From a virus (taxonomy: Duplodnaviria > Heunggongvirae > Uroviricota > Caudoviricetes), in the IMG/VR virus record IMGVR_UViG_3300028327_000833, positions 98,516-152,642 of that record: a DNA stretch of 54,127 nucleotides; one strand, 5' to 3'. Positions 8,539 through 17,314 of the stretch are shown piece by piece. The position numbers were made by a program, and so were the translations under genes. The notes under the pieces were generated by a model. It saw only the letters and a list, made by a program, of their open reading frames with translations, was not told the origin of the DNA and did not search any database. Position 1 is the stretch's first letter. Every line of letters begins with the position of its first letter.

Positions 8539-9889
8539 GATAAAAAACGAAGTTGGAGTGATCTCGTATCTCGCGAACCCTGCGGTGCGGGGGGTTGTTA
8601 AAAACACCGCGAGACGTTGGAAGTTCGAGGCTCCGCTCGCCGCGCATCTTCAAGAGTATTACACGAACCTGTCTCCGAACTATACGCCGGCCGATGCCGA
8701 GCTTGAGTCTTTCCTCTCGTGCAAAAAATGCCAAGAGGGAGAGATCGCGCTGGCGGTCATGGCCAAACGCGCGCATGAGAGCGTCCCTATAGAGGGCGCG
8801 AAAACTCTGATTAACAGCTTTTTTCATCATTACCGAGACCGGGCTTTCCGCGTCGCTCTCGACGACTATAACTCAAACGTCGACGCCGATCCTGAATTCG
8901 CGATGTCGGAGATGATAAAGATTGTCGCCGACATACATAAAGTCGGCAGCGTCGGTTACGAAGTCGTGAATTACGCCGACATGGATATGGAGAGGTACAT
9001 CGAAGAGGAGATGAACAAGCCGGAAAACGTAATCAAGTCCAAGTTCAGACATATCAACGACTCCTCGCCGTTAGGCGGCTACCAAAAAGGATGGCTTGTG
9101 CAGGTGGCCGCGCCTCCCGGGGTGGCGAAGACGCAGATGATGCTGAACGAAGCCGTGCACATGGCCGAACAAGGCCATAACATCGTATGGATCGCTCTCG
9201 GCGACATGAACAAGAAATCGATGCTGCGCCGTATCATGTGCCTTGTGAACCATGTGAACAAAATGGATCTCGGCTGCTGCAATCTCAAGCGGTATTGGAC
9301 TGACAGATGCAGAGAAATCTCTAAACGCATACGCTTTGTCTACAAGCCCGCTTACGAAGTTCCCGCGAGTTCGATAATCAACATCGTAACTTCCATAGAG
9401 TCTCCAGAATTCCCTGTCGACGTCGTATTCGTTGATTATGACGGGAATTTTAAGACCACGGGCGAGATGATGTACGAGCGGCTTAACTACGCTTACGGGG
9501 AGTTAAGCAACGTGGCGACGGACGGCATCGGGACGCCCGTCGAGAATTTTAAGCTGGTCTTTGTCGGAAGCCAAGTTAAACCCGAGCACTGGGCTAAAGA
9601 AGAATTGCCGGAAGCGTGTTGCGCGGAATCGTCGGGAAAACAGGCCAAGGTCGATTTGATGGTTGCGATTAACTGCAACCAAGTGAATCACGGCATCGGG
9701 ACTATCAATATCCCGAAGAGCCGCGACGGCGATCTCGGCAAGGTTAAGTACCGTCTCGAGAAATGGGGCGGTATGCGGGGTATAAACGTTGAAGAGTATT
9801 ATCAGTTCCTAAACGCGACTACAGAACAGAACAGAGATCGTGAAAACCTCACGATAGTTCCGCCGAAGATTGCCTCGGAAGTCCCGTAG
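8531..9889 (+). CDS. Replicative DNA helicase (DnaB/gp41-like, SF4)
   Basis: Walker A-like AAPPGVAKT, Walker B VVFVDYD, GSQV, AKVDLMVAI, IPKSRDG. Confidence 0.85.
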   Translation: MPEIKNEVGVISYLANPAVRGVVKNTARRWKFEAPLAAHLQEYYTNLSPNYTPADAELESFLSCKKCQEGEIALAVMAKRAHESVPIEGAKTLINSFFHHYRDRAFRVALDDYNSNVDADPEFAMSEMIKIVADIHKVGSVGYEVVNYADMDMERYIEEEMNKPENVIKSKFRHINDSSPLGGYQKGWLVQVAAPPGVAKTQMMLNEAVHMAEQGHNIVWIALGDMNKKSMLRRIMCLVNHVNKMDLGCCNLKRYWTDRCREISKRIRFVYKPAYEVPASSIINIVTSIESPEFPVDVVFVDYDGNFKTTGEMMYERLNYAYGELSNVATDGIGTPVENFKLVFVGSQVKPEHWAKEELPEACCAESSGKQAKVDLMVAINCNQVNHGIGTINIPKSRDGDLGKVKYRLEKWGGMRGINVEEYYQFLNATTEQNRDRENLTIVPPKIASEVP

Positions 9890-9898
9890 GCATAAACT

Positions 9899-9927
9899 GC
9901 GGCCATAAGGCCGCGCACTTTTTATTT
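9899..9927 (+). terminator. Rho-independent terminator candidate
   Basis: GCGGCC-ATAA-GGCCGC followed by T-rich tract after helicase stop. Confidence 0.55.
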
Positions 9928-9942
9928 AACAAAGGAGTAGCT

Positions 9943-10044
9943 ATGGCTACAGCAGTTAAAAAGGCGGTTAAAAAAGCCGTCAAGAAAGCAGTTAAAACGG
10001 CGGCTAAAAAAGCCCCTGCGAAGAAGGTCGCGAAGAAGAAGTAA
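9943..10044 (+). CDS. Histone H1-like Lys/Ala peptide (33 aa)
   Basis: Not in track; SD AAGGAG; MATAVKKAVKKAVKKAVKTAAKKAPAKKVAKKK. Confidence 0.8.
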   Translation: MATAVKKAVKKAVKKAVKTAAKKAPAKKVAKKK

Positions 10045-10073
10045 TCTTCTTCTAAACATCTTCGGAAGCAGTC

Positions 10074-10096
10074 GGGGAGCGTCTAAAGCGTTCCCC
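10074..10096 (+). terminator. Hairpin after H1-like gene
   Basis: GGGGAGCG/CGTTCCCC stem followed by AT-rich tract. Confidence 0.45.
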
Positions 10097-10128
10097 GTTA
10101 ATTAAATTCAAACTCGGAATAAACTCTG

Positions 10129-10467
10129 ATGACAGTTAGAAAGAACTCATGGCTGAAACAGAAGGTTGAAGAGCTGTGGCCTGAAGAACGCCTACGGCGC
10201 GAATATCGCAGGGGTTGCATGTGGAACTGGTGCATTGAACAAGGCATACCCGAAGAGAGGATGGATTTAATGCTTGTGGATCTGATGATAGAGCTTGCGG
10301 ACGAGCTTGAAAAGCGCGGTTTCGAGAGGGAGATCATACCGCAAATTCTAAAACCTGACAATATGCGCAAAGTCTTTGACGTCGCCCACATAGGCGAATG
10401 TTTCTTGAAAACTCACAGAGGCGAGCTGTTGCCGACTTGGGAAGGAAAAACAACTTATTATGAATGA
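10129..10467 (+). CDS. Hypothetical protein
   Basis: ORF track; co-oriented operon. Confidence 0.6.
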   Translation: MTVRKNSWLKQKVEELWPEERLRREYRRGCMWNWCIEQGIPEERMDLMLVDLMIELADELEKRGFEREIIPQILKPDNMRKVFDVAHIGECFLKTHRGELLPTWEGKTTYYE

Positions 10468-10675
10468 CATCCCTATGAACGACATCGTCTGCGGAGACCC
10501 GTTTATGGGAAGCGGCACGACAGCCGCAGTGTGCAAGGAATTAGGACGGGGATATATCGGAATCGACCTGAATCCGAGGTACGTGGAAATTGCGAGAAAG
10601 CGCGTAGACGGAATGGCGATGAACGAGGATTACCAAATGTCGCGCGGAACAATAATGAATCGGAGGGAAGCGTGA
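10460..10675 (+). pseudogene. C-terminal fragment of a beta-class DNA methyltransferase (SAM-binding half only)
   Basis: DPFMGSGTTAAVCKELGRGYIGIDLNPRY present, no DPPY/SPPY motif. Confidence 0.7.
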
Positions 10676-11007
10676 GCGGGGCAGGAGATGTAATCCGCGA
10701 AACGGAAAATCCGCAGAAAACGAAGCGCGGCTCTTTCGACGACGTTATCCGTTGCGTCACGTGCAGACATTTCGGATATAAGCACGTTACGGACAACGAC
10801 GATCCTGACGGGTTCGTCATCGACGAGTCGCCGTACTGTTTCAGACGCGGACTCCATAAACCGGAAAACGAAGAATGCGTTTACAAAGGCATGACGCGCC
10901 GACAGGTCTACGAGCTGGAAGCCTTAGCCGAACATGAGTTAAAAATATTTAAAAAGTTTAAAACGATAGGCGAACTTTATGCCAAATTCAAAGAAATTCA
11001 CCTTTAA
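10672..11007 (+). CDS. Hypothetical Cys-containing protein
   Basis: GTG 10672 overlapping previous TGA with SD GGAGG; CVTC...YC...EC. Confidence 0.55.
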   Translation: MSGAGDVIRETENPQKTKRGSFDDVIRCVTCRHFGYKHVTDNDDPDGFVIDESPYCFRRGLHKPENEECVYKGMTRRQVYELEALAEHELKIFKKFKTIGELYAKFKEIHL

Positions 11008-11024
11008 CACGGAGGAGCGGCATT

Positions 11025-11567
11025 ATGACGGATACAAGAACCGTCGTCATTAACTTCGACAACCCGTTGCAGGGATACGCGGCTTTGCCGGCTCCGCGGA
11101 TTGTCCGCGACGAAGTCTGCCGGCGTCTCGGCATTCGCGAAACGCCGTACAGCAGGGTCGTCTGCTATCTTTGCGGATACCGCTCTTTATCCCCGCAAAC
11201 GCGGTGGCGCATGTTATATAAGTGGAACGACAGCTGGAGGTTCTCGTTTTTGTGGAGAGAGATAGGACGTCTTTGCGACTACGGAGATCTCAACCAGGCT
11301 AAAAGATTCTTTGACTACTGGGATCTTCGCAGAAGATGCAGAACCGTCGAATATACCGACAGCATAGAGCTTGACGCAAATTGTTTCGCCGACTGCGTAA
11401 AAGTTACCGCGGAGGATAATTCCGACGAATTCGTCCGACGCCTGAAAGCGCGGCTCGAACGCGACGTCGACAGCCTCGCAAGGAACTTGGACGAATGCGT
11501 CGGAAGGCTCGCCGAAGAGATAAACTCTCTTAAACAACAGGTAAGAAAACTTGATTCGGCGTCTTAA
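11025..11567 (+). CDS. Hypothetical protein with C-terminal coiled coil
   Basis: SD GGAGG; ORF track. Confidence 0.65.
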   Translation: MTDTRTVVINFDNPLQGYAALPAPRIVRDEVCRRLGIRETPYSRVVCYLCGYRSLSPQTRWRMLYKWNDSWRFSFLWREIGRLCDYGDLNQAKRFFDYWDLRRRCRTVEYTDSIELDANCFADCVKVTAEDNSDEFVRRLKARLERDVDSLARNLDECVGRLAEEINSLKQQVRKLDSAS

Positions 11568-11678
11568 CTTTCGGTCAACCGCCGCAGAATTGCGCCTGCA
11601 AACGCGGACGGCCGGGAAAACGGCCGTAGAGCCCGTTGACCGCCGTACGGCGCCTTCAAAAGACCGGCGGCAGAAGCG

Positions 11679-11810
11679 ATGAAAACCGTCGTCTTCTTGA
11701 GCCTACTGTTCGGCGGCATGTTCGCGTTGTACGACGTCATGCTCGCAAGATATTTCGGCGACGAGAGCGTCTTGGAGACTCTCTGGAAACGGCTCAAAGA
11801 GCGTAAATAA
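11679..11810 (+). CDS. Small membrane protein (43 aa)
   Basis: Not in track; MKTVVFLSLLFGGMFALYDVMLARYFGDESVLETLWKRLKERK. Confidence 0.5.
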   Translation: MKTVVFLSLLFGGMFALYDVMLARYFGDESVLETLWKRLKERK

Positions 11811-11852
11811 ATTTCGACGCCGTAAACCGTACTGTAGTAGGAGGATGTCGCT

Positions 11853-12215
11853 ATGTCATGGGGATTAAATCGTGAAAAAGACCCGGCGTTGGATAACTTT
11901 CCAATCATGCCGATCCGTTTTAAAAACGCGCCGGAGATGTGCTTATATTGCAAAGGCGAACTCGTCTACCCAAGCTGCAACATAAGGCTCTATCTGTGTC
12001 CGGAGTTTAAAGACCCTATGAAGTTTCAGCAACGGTGCACACCGATGTGCGGCGTCGATGAGGATTCGATTAAGACGGTCGAATTCAAAGAACTGTCTAA
12101 AACCGTGAAATTGCACGGTCAAGATATGGACATCGAACAGATCTGCGAGTATCCGAAAAGACCTCGCAAAGTTATCAAGGAGATGCCGCCGAATGAAGCT
12201 GATGTCAGCCTCTAA
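11853..12215 (+). CDS. Hypothetical Cys-rich protein
   Basis: SD GGAGG preceded by CGTACTGTAGTA motif. Confidence 0.65.
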   Translation: MSWGLNREKDPALDNFPIMPIRFKNAPEMCLYCKGELVYPSCNIRLYLCPEFKDPMKFQQRCTPMCGVDEDSIKTVEFKELSKTVKLHGQDMDIEQICEYPKRPRKVIKEMPPNEADVSL

Positions 12216-12756
12216 GCTTGACCCGGGATTTAGAGCGGAATGCGCGCGATTTATCGTGCTAAATCCGGTAATTAAGAAGTGGTCAAATTGCGTAGCATTC
12301 GCTACATTCGACCCTTTCGCGTGCATCCTCAAAGGCGCGATGCGGCGTATTGATGTCGTCCCGCAGATTTTGAAAACCCCCAAAGTCAAAACTCCTAAAG
12401 ATCTGGATATAATGATTTGGTGGGATGATTTAGAACTTGATGACGGATCATACCACTTCGCGCTAATTAACGGGGAGCACTACGAAATGCAGACAGGGTG
12501 CGGCGGCGGGTTCAGAAGAGTCAGCGTCAAAGAGGAACATGAAAAAGTTACGCGGATGTTCCAGCATTGCAAACGGGTTCATAGTTTTTATTTGACGCTT
12601 AAACGCGATTATTCTCGAAGCCGTAGAAACTACGCCGCGGTTAAGCGGATTTATGACGCTTTTTACGGTAAGAAGTTTGATCGGTTACTAACGATCTTTC
12701 AAAGGTGGGATACTATGATTCAAGAAGACCTCAACAAAAAACGGGAGGCTGCATGA
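12193..12756 (+). CDS. Hypothetical protein
   Basis: ORF track, overlapping neighbours. Confidence 0.6.
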   Translation: MKLMSASKLDPGFRAECARFIVLNPVIKKWSNCVAFATFDPFACILKGAMRRIDVVPQILKTPKVKTPKDLDIMIWWDDLELDDGSYHFALINGEHYEMQTGCGGGFRRVSVKEEHEKVTRMFQHCKRVHSFYLTLKRDYSRSRRNYAAVKRIYDAFYGKKFDRLLTIFQRWDTMIQEDLNKKREAA

Positions 12757-12962
12757 TTCCAGAAGAGATTTACGTTGTAGAAGTTACCGGTGGAATACAT
12801 TTTCGCTGCAAAGGAAAGATGAAGCATGCCGAGTTCGACCAACTAAGCCAACGGTTCTACGTCGGATTCGAGTCGGAAACTGATGCTCTGAAACTCGTAG
12901 AAAAAGGCGACGAGGTTCTGGCTTACGTCAATTCGCGGCCGCATTTCATTAAACAGCCGTAA
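12753..12962 (+). CDS. Hypothetical protein
   Basis: ATGA overlap and SD GGAGG. Confidence 0.6.
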   Translation: MIPEEIYVVEVTGGIHFRCKGKMKHAEFDQLSQRFYVGFESETDALKLVEKGDEVLAYVNSRPHFIKQP

Positions 12963-12997
12963 CGAAATCTACGCGCCCGCTTAAAGGAGCCGCTTTG

Positions 12998-13756
12998 ATG
13001 TTCTACGAAGGCAAAGACTTCGTTTGCATGGAGACCGACGCTATCTTCGGGATGTCTTTGCTGCCCGACAACAGCGTCGATCTGATTCTGTGCGACCTAC
13101 CGTACGGGATAACCCAAAATAAGTGGGATACTTGCATCCCGTTCGACAGGCTTTGGGAACAATACCTGCGCGTGATTAAACCGAACGGCGCAGTCGCCTT
13201 AATGTCAGCAGGGGCGTTCACAGCCAAAGTCATTTTAAGCCAAGAACGGCTTTTTAAGTACAAATGGGTCTGGGAAAAATCAAAAGCCACGAACTTCTTA
13301 AACGCTAAAAAACAGCCTTTGCGAAAATACGAAGAAGTCGTTATATTCTACAGTTCGCAACCGACTTACAACCCTCAGATGACGCGAGGCGAGCCGTACG
13401 ACCGAGGGGTTCGGAAAGACGCGCTGACGGGCAGTTACGGAGATTTCAAACCCGTGCGCATCAAGAGCGGCAACGGCGACAGGTATCCGTCCGATGTTTT
13501 GTATTTCAAAACGGCTGAGACCGAGGGCGAAGTTCTGCATCCGACGCAGAAACCCGTCGCCCTTTGCGAGTACATGATTCGGACTTACACTGTTGAAAAC
13601 GAAGTCGTTTTGGACTGTTGTATGGGCGCTGGAACAACCGGCGCGGCTTGCGCAAGGACTAAGCGCAGATTCACAGGATTCGAGATCGACAGCGAGTATG
13701 CGGACATCGCTGTTGAGCGAATTAAAAAGGAGTACGCGATATGCGCGACGGGCTGA
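12998..13756 (+). CDS. DNA amino-methyltransferase (beta class), paralogue of 3927-4658
   Basis: DLPY, WEKSKATNFLNAKKQPLRKYE, HPTQKPV, LDCCMGAGTT. Confidence 0.9.
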   Translation: MFYEGKDFVCMETDAIFGMSLLPDNSVDLILCDLPYGITQNKWDTCIPFDRLWEQYLRVIKPNGAVALMSAGAFTAKVILSQERLFKYKWVWEKSKATNFLNAKKQPLRKYEEVVIFYSSQPTYNPQMTRGEPYDRGVRKDALTGSYGDFKPVRIKSGNGDRYPSDVLYFKTAETEGEVLHPTQKPVALCEYMIRTYTVENEVVLDCCMGAGTTGAACARTKRRFTGFEIDSEYADIAVERIKKEYAICATG

Positions 13757-14187
13757 CTGACTTTTCGGATCGTCGGGAGGACGAACACCGCAGGGCTTAC
13801 GCCGCGCTGTTCGGAGACGGTAGCGAAAACAGACTTCATCTTGAATGGGCCAGATATTGCAGGGAATGCCGATGTTTGCAAACCGTCTCGGCTTTTAACC
13901 TTGACGCAAACTCGGTATCCGAAATGAAAACAGAGCTTGAGGTTCCTAAATGCGCGAAACTCGGCGTCGAGATACCGCGCGAAGAACTCGACCGCAAGGA
14001 GAAGCGGACGGACTGCCCGTTGGGAACCGACGAAAACGCTTTTTACGTCCGCCGCAAAAAAGAAATCGCGGAAGACCGCAAGGAACACGCTTGGCGGATG
14101 TTCGAGAACGAGTTGAACGAGGCGTGGCCCGAGTTTAAGGATCGGATTGCCGCAGCGGTTCGGAAGAAATCGGCGGAAGCCGTGTGA
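13741..14187 (+). CDS. Hypothetical protein with Cys motif
   Basis: CRECRC...C...CPL; SD AGGAG. Confidence 0.6.
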   Translation: MRDGLTDFSDRREDEHRRAYAALFGDGSENRLHLEWARYCRECRCLQTVSAFNLDANSVSEMKTELEVPKCAKLGVEIPREELDRKEKRTDCPLGTDENAFYVRRKKEIAEDRKEHAWRMFENELNEAWPEFKDRIAAAVRKKSAEAV

Positions 14188-14217
14188 TTTTGAATTTTAA
14201 GGAGATTTCGCTATATT

Positions 14218-15138
14218 ATGGCTACGAATATCGTGTACAGCAAAAACGGGCTAATTCTCGCGAACGAAGACTGCTTCGGCTTCATGGAGAAGCTGGCCGA
14301 AAAGAACGTGCGCGTAGACGCTATCATCACGTCGCCGCCTTACAACTCGAACAAAAAGGCGGGCAAACGCAGCACGAACCAAAACACGGCGGTCAACGGC
14401 TATACATATCTGAGATACGACGTGCACGTGGATAATTTCACGTCCGAAGAGTATGTCGAGTGGACTGTGAATCTGTTCAACCACTACGACTCGGTATTGG
14501 CGCCTGACGGAGTCGTGCTGTACAATCTGTCTTTCGGCAGCGAGAACCCTAACGACTGGCTCATGGCGATGAACGGGGCGGTTACGCGGACGAACTTCAC
14601 TCTGGCGGACGTGCTGATTTGGAAAAAGAAGACGGCGTTCCCGATCAGCAGTTCGCCGAACAAAATGACGCGGATCACGGAATTCGTGTTCGTGCTGTGC
14701 AGAAAGCCGGAGATAATAACGTTCCGATCGAACAAGCGTTGCACGTCCGTGCGGGATACGGGTCAGAAGGCTTACGAAAATGTATATAACTTCATCGAAG
14801 CCGCGAACAACGACCGTTTGAACTGCCAATACAATAAGGCGACGTTTTCGACCGAGCTGGTCGAGAAACTGATAGACATGTACGTGCGGCCCGGAAGCAC
14901 GGTTTTCGATTCGTTTTGCGGAACGGGCACGACATTGGCCGCTTGCAGGAATAAAGGATTAAAGGGCATAGGCTGCGAACTGTCGGCGGATCAGTGCAGG
15001 TGGGCGGTGGAGAACAGGTTCGAGAAGAATATCGACGAAGACGAAGAGCCGTACTTCGGGACGCGCATTAAGGAGACGGTTCAGGCGTTTAAAGAAACGT
15101 TCGGCAAAAAAGACTGTAATGCGGAGGCCGTAGCTTAA
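14218..15138 (+). CDS. DNA methyltransferase, likely N4-cytosine type
   Basis: TSPPY motif IV, ATFSTELV, FDSFCGTGTT motif I. Confidence 0.9.
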   Translation: MATNIVYSKNGLILANEDCFGFMEKLAEKNVRVDAIITSPPYNSNKKAGKRSTNQNTAVNGYTYLRYDVHVDNFTSEEYVEWTVNLFNHYDSVLAPDGVVLYNLSFGSENPNDWLMAMNGAVTRTNFTLADVLIWKKKTAFPISSSPNKMTRITEFVFVLCRKPEIITFRSNKRCTSVRDTGQKAYENVYNFIEAANNDRLNCQYNKATFSTELVEKLIDMYVRPGSTVFDSFCGTGTTLAACRNKGLKGIGCELSADQCRWAVENRFEKNIDEDEEPYFGTRIKETVQAFKETFGKKDCNAEAVA

Positions 15139-15207
15139 CCGGCGAAGCGCCGCATGCGCGGAAGACGCCGGTTCAAGGCCGATCGGTCTCCTTTAACGGG
15201 AGGAAGA

Positions 15208-15666
15208 ATGGAAATCGTAAAAGTCCGCATCAAGGACTTGAAACTGTACGACAAAAACGCCAAGGTGCATACCCCCGCGCAGTTGGACGCGATAGCCGAG
15301 AGCATCCGCAGTTTCGGCTTCAACGCGCCTGTCGGCGTCTTCGGCAAAGACAACGCCGTAATCTACGGACACGGCCGAATCGAGGCGTTGAAGAAACTCG
15401 GCGAAAAAGAAGTCGAATGCGTAAGGCTCGACCACATGACGCCGGAACAGGCGAAAGCGTTCAGGCTCGTCGAGAACCAGCTTAACCTTGAAACCGGGTG
15501 GGAAGCGCTGCTCTTGAATTTCGAGCTGGACGACATTGTGAAATTCGACATGAAAGATTTCGGACTTAGCAAGAAGCTGCCTAAATTGGAAGCCGGTACA
15601 AAAATTAAATGCCCTGAGTGCGGGTTGGAGTTTGACGCTCAAGGAGGGCGCGCGGAAGGAGGCTGA
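15208..15666 (+). CDS. ParB N-terminal-domain protein with C-terminal zinc ribbon
   Basis: LKLYDKNAKVH...SIRSFGFNAP...IYGHGRIEALKKLG...AFRLVEN; KCPECG. Confidence 0.85.
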   Translation: MEIVKVRIKDLKLYDKNAKVHTPAQLDAIAESIRSFGFNAPVGVFGKDNAVIYGHGRIEALKKLGEKEVECVRLDHMTPEQAKAFRLVENQLNLETGWEALLLNFELDDIVKFDMKDFGLSKKLPKLEAGTKIKCPECGLEFDAQGGRAEGG

Positions 15667-15668
15667 TT

Positions 15669-15863
15669 ATGACCCCGGACGAGATAGACGAAAAACTGCA
15701 GGCCGCGCGGATCGCGATAGAGCTGAAGAACTGGTCGGACGCGATAGCGTTCTTCGCCAACCTGACGCTGTGGTGCTATAGCGAATTCGCGAAAGAAAAC
15801 CCGATACTGAATTTAAGCGCGGCATACGTCGCAAACACCGAAAGGAGCCGAGATGGCGGATAA
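15669..15863 (+). CDS. Hypothetical protein
   Basis: SD GGAGG. Confidence 0.55.
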   Translation: MTPDEIDEKLQAARIAIELKNWSDAIAFFANLTLWCYSEFAKENPILNLSAAYVANTERSRDGG

Positions 15864-16062
15864 GCTGGAAATTCGCGCGAAAAACGTTCTGAGCCGCCTG
15901 ACGGCGGCCGTCGGCAGGAAAACCTATCCCGCCGCCACGGAGCAGTGCAGGGAACTTCTGATAATATGCGCCGCGTTGTGCGGAGCGTCCAAACAAACCG
16001 CGCGGATCGACTGCCCCGATCCGCACCGCAAGGAGGCGCGCCGTGCACCTGACGGAAAATAA
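15853..16062 (+). CDS. Hypothetical protein
   Basis: SD AGGAG, overlapping neighbours. Confidence 0.5.
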   Translation: MADKLEIRAKNVLSRLTAAVGRKTYPAATEQCRELLIICAALCGASKQTARIDCPDPHRKEARRAPDGK

Positions 16063-17314
16063 ATGGGAATGCGACGTCTGCGGACGCGAAATCGAGTTCT
16101 CCGCGCGGAACAAACGTCTCGGACTGCGCGTAGACGAGCGAGGAATCCTTATACAGGAAAGCCCTAACGGAGACGTCTGCCCCGTCTGCCGCCCGTTCCT
16201 CAAGGAAGAGTTTCTCGGCGTCGCCGAGCGCGTCCGACGGGCTTCGCTGAATATCGAGCCGCCGGAGCCGCCCGTCGCAGTCCCGGACAACATCCCGAAA
16301 TATGTGTTCTATTTCATCGGCGACGGCATGGGTTACGCCCACGTCAAAGCCGCCGAAAACTACTTCGGAATTTCGGCGCCTTTCGGCGGCTTCCCCGCGC
16401 AAGGCTCGGCGACGACATATCCCGCCGACGGACAGGGCTGGGTGACGGACTCGGCGGCGTCGGCCACCGCTTTGGCGTCGGGCGTCAAAACGTTGAACTA
16501 CCGGGTCGGATTGTCGCCGACCGGGGAGCGGCTGTACGGCATAGCCCATAAATACAGGGAGTACGGAGCCAAAATCGGGATCGCCACCTCGGTGAGCGTA
16601 GACCATGCGACGCCCGCGGGATTCTACGCCGGGGCGGAAGACCGCAACATGTACTATGAAATAGGACGGCAGATCGCCGGAACGGGCTTCGACTACTTCG
16701 CGGGATCCGGGCTGCTCGATCCTTCGCGGGAATCTCCCGACGCTTACGCGCTCTTGGCGAACGCCGGATACGCCGTCCTGACTTCGCGCGATTTGTCGGA
16801 AATATCCGCGCTTCCCGAAACCCGCGGCCTGTTTCTGAAACAGGCCGCGCAATTCGACCAGGGAAGCCTCGAATACGCGTACAACAGACAGTTTACCGGA
16901 GATTACGGCTGGGTTTTGGAAGATTTCGTCAGGATTGGAATCGAACGGCTTTACAGCGCGAACCGCAACGGGTTCTTCTTCATGGTCGAAGGCGGGAAAA
17001 TCGATTGGGCGGCTCATGCGAATCAGACCCTTGTCGCGATACACGAAACCGGGGATTTTTTCAAGGCCGTGCTGCCCGCGATAGACTTCTATCGGAACCA
17101 TCGGGACGAAACCTTGATAGTCGTCACCGCAGACCACGAAACAGGAAACACGTCGCTGCCCGATCCCGACGGCTGGGACATCGCGTGGGGGAGCGGAGAC
17201 CATTCGGGGCAAAACGTTCCGGTTTACGCCATAGGGAAAAACAGCGGATTGTTCGGCGGCGATATGGACAACACCGACATTCCGAAACGCATAATGAACG
17301 GAAATTCAATATGA
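16043..17314 (+). CDS. phoA: Alkaline phosphatase (PhoA family) fused to an N-terminal zinc finger, no signal peptide
   Basis: FIGDGMG, VTDSAAS (catalytic Ser), HATPA, MVEGGKIDWAAHAN, VTADHETG, GDHS, DNTDI; N-terminal CDVC...CPVC and Pro linker. Confidence 0.9.
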   Translation: MHLTENKWECDVCGREIEFSARNKRLGLRVDERGILIQESPNGDVCPVCRPFLKEEFLGVAERVRRASLNIEPPEPPVAVPDNIPKYVFYFIGDGMGYAHVKAAENYFGISAPFGGFPAQGSATTYPADGQGWVTDSAASATALASGVKTLNYRVGLSPTGERLYGIAHKYREYGAKIGIATSVSVDHATPAGFYAGAEDRNMYYEIGRQIAGTGFDYFAGSGLLDPSRESPDAYALLANAGYAVLTSRDLSEISALPETRGLFLKQAAQFDQGSLEYAYNRQFTGDYGWVLEDFVRIGIERLYSANRNGFFFMVEGGKIDWAAHANQTLVAIHETGDFFKAVLPAIDFYRNHRDETLIVVTADHETGNTSLPDPDGWDIAWGSGDHSGQNVPVYAIGKNSGLFGGDMDNTDIPKRIMNGNSI

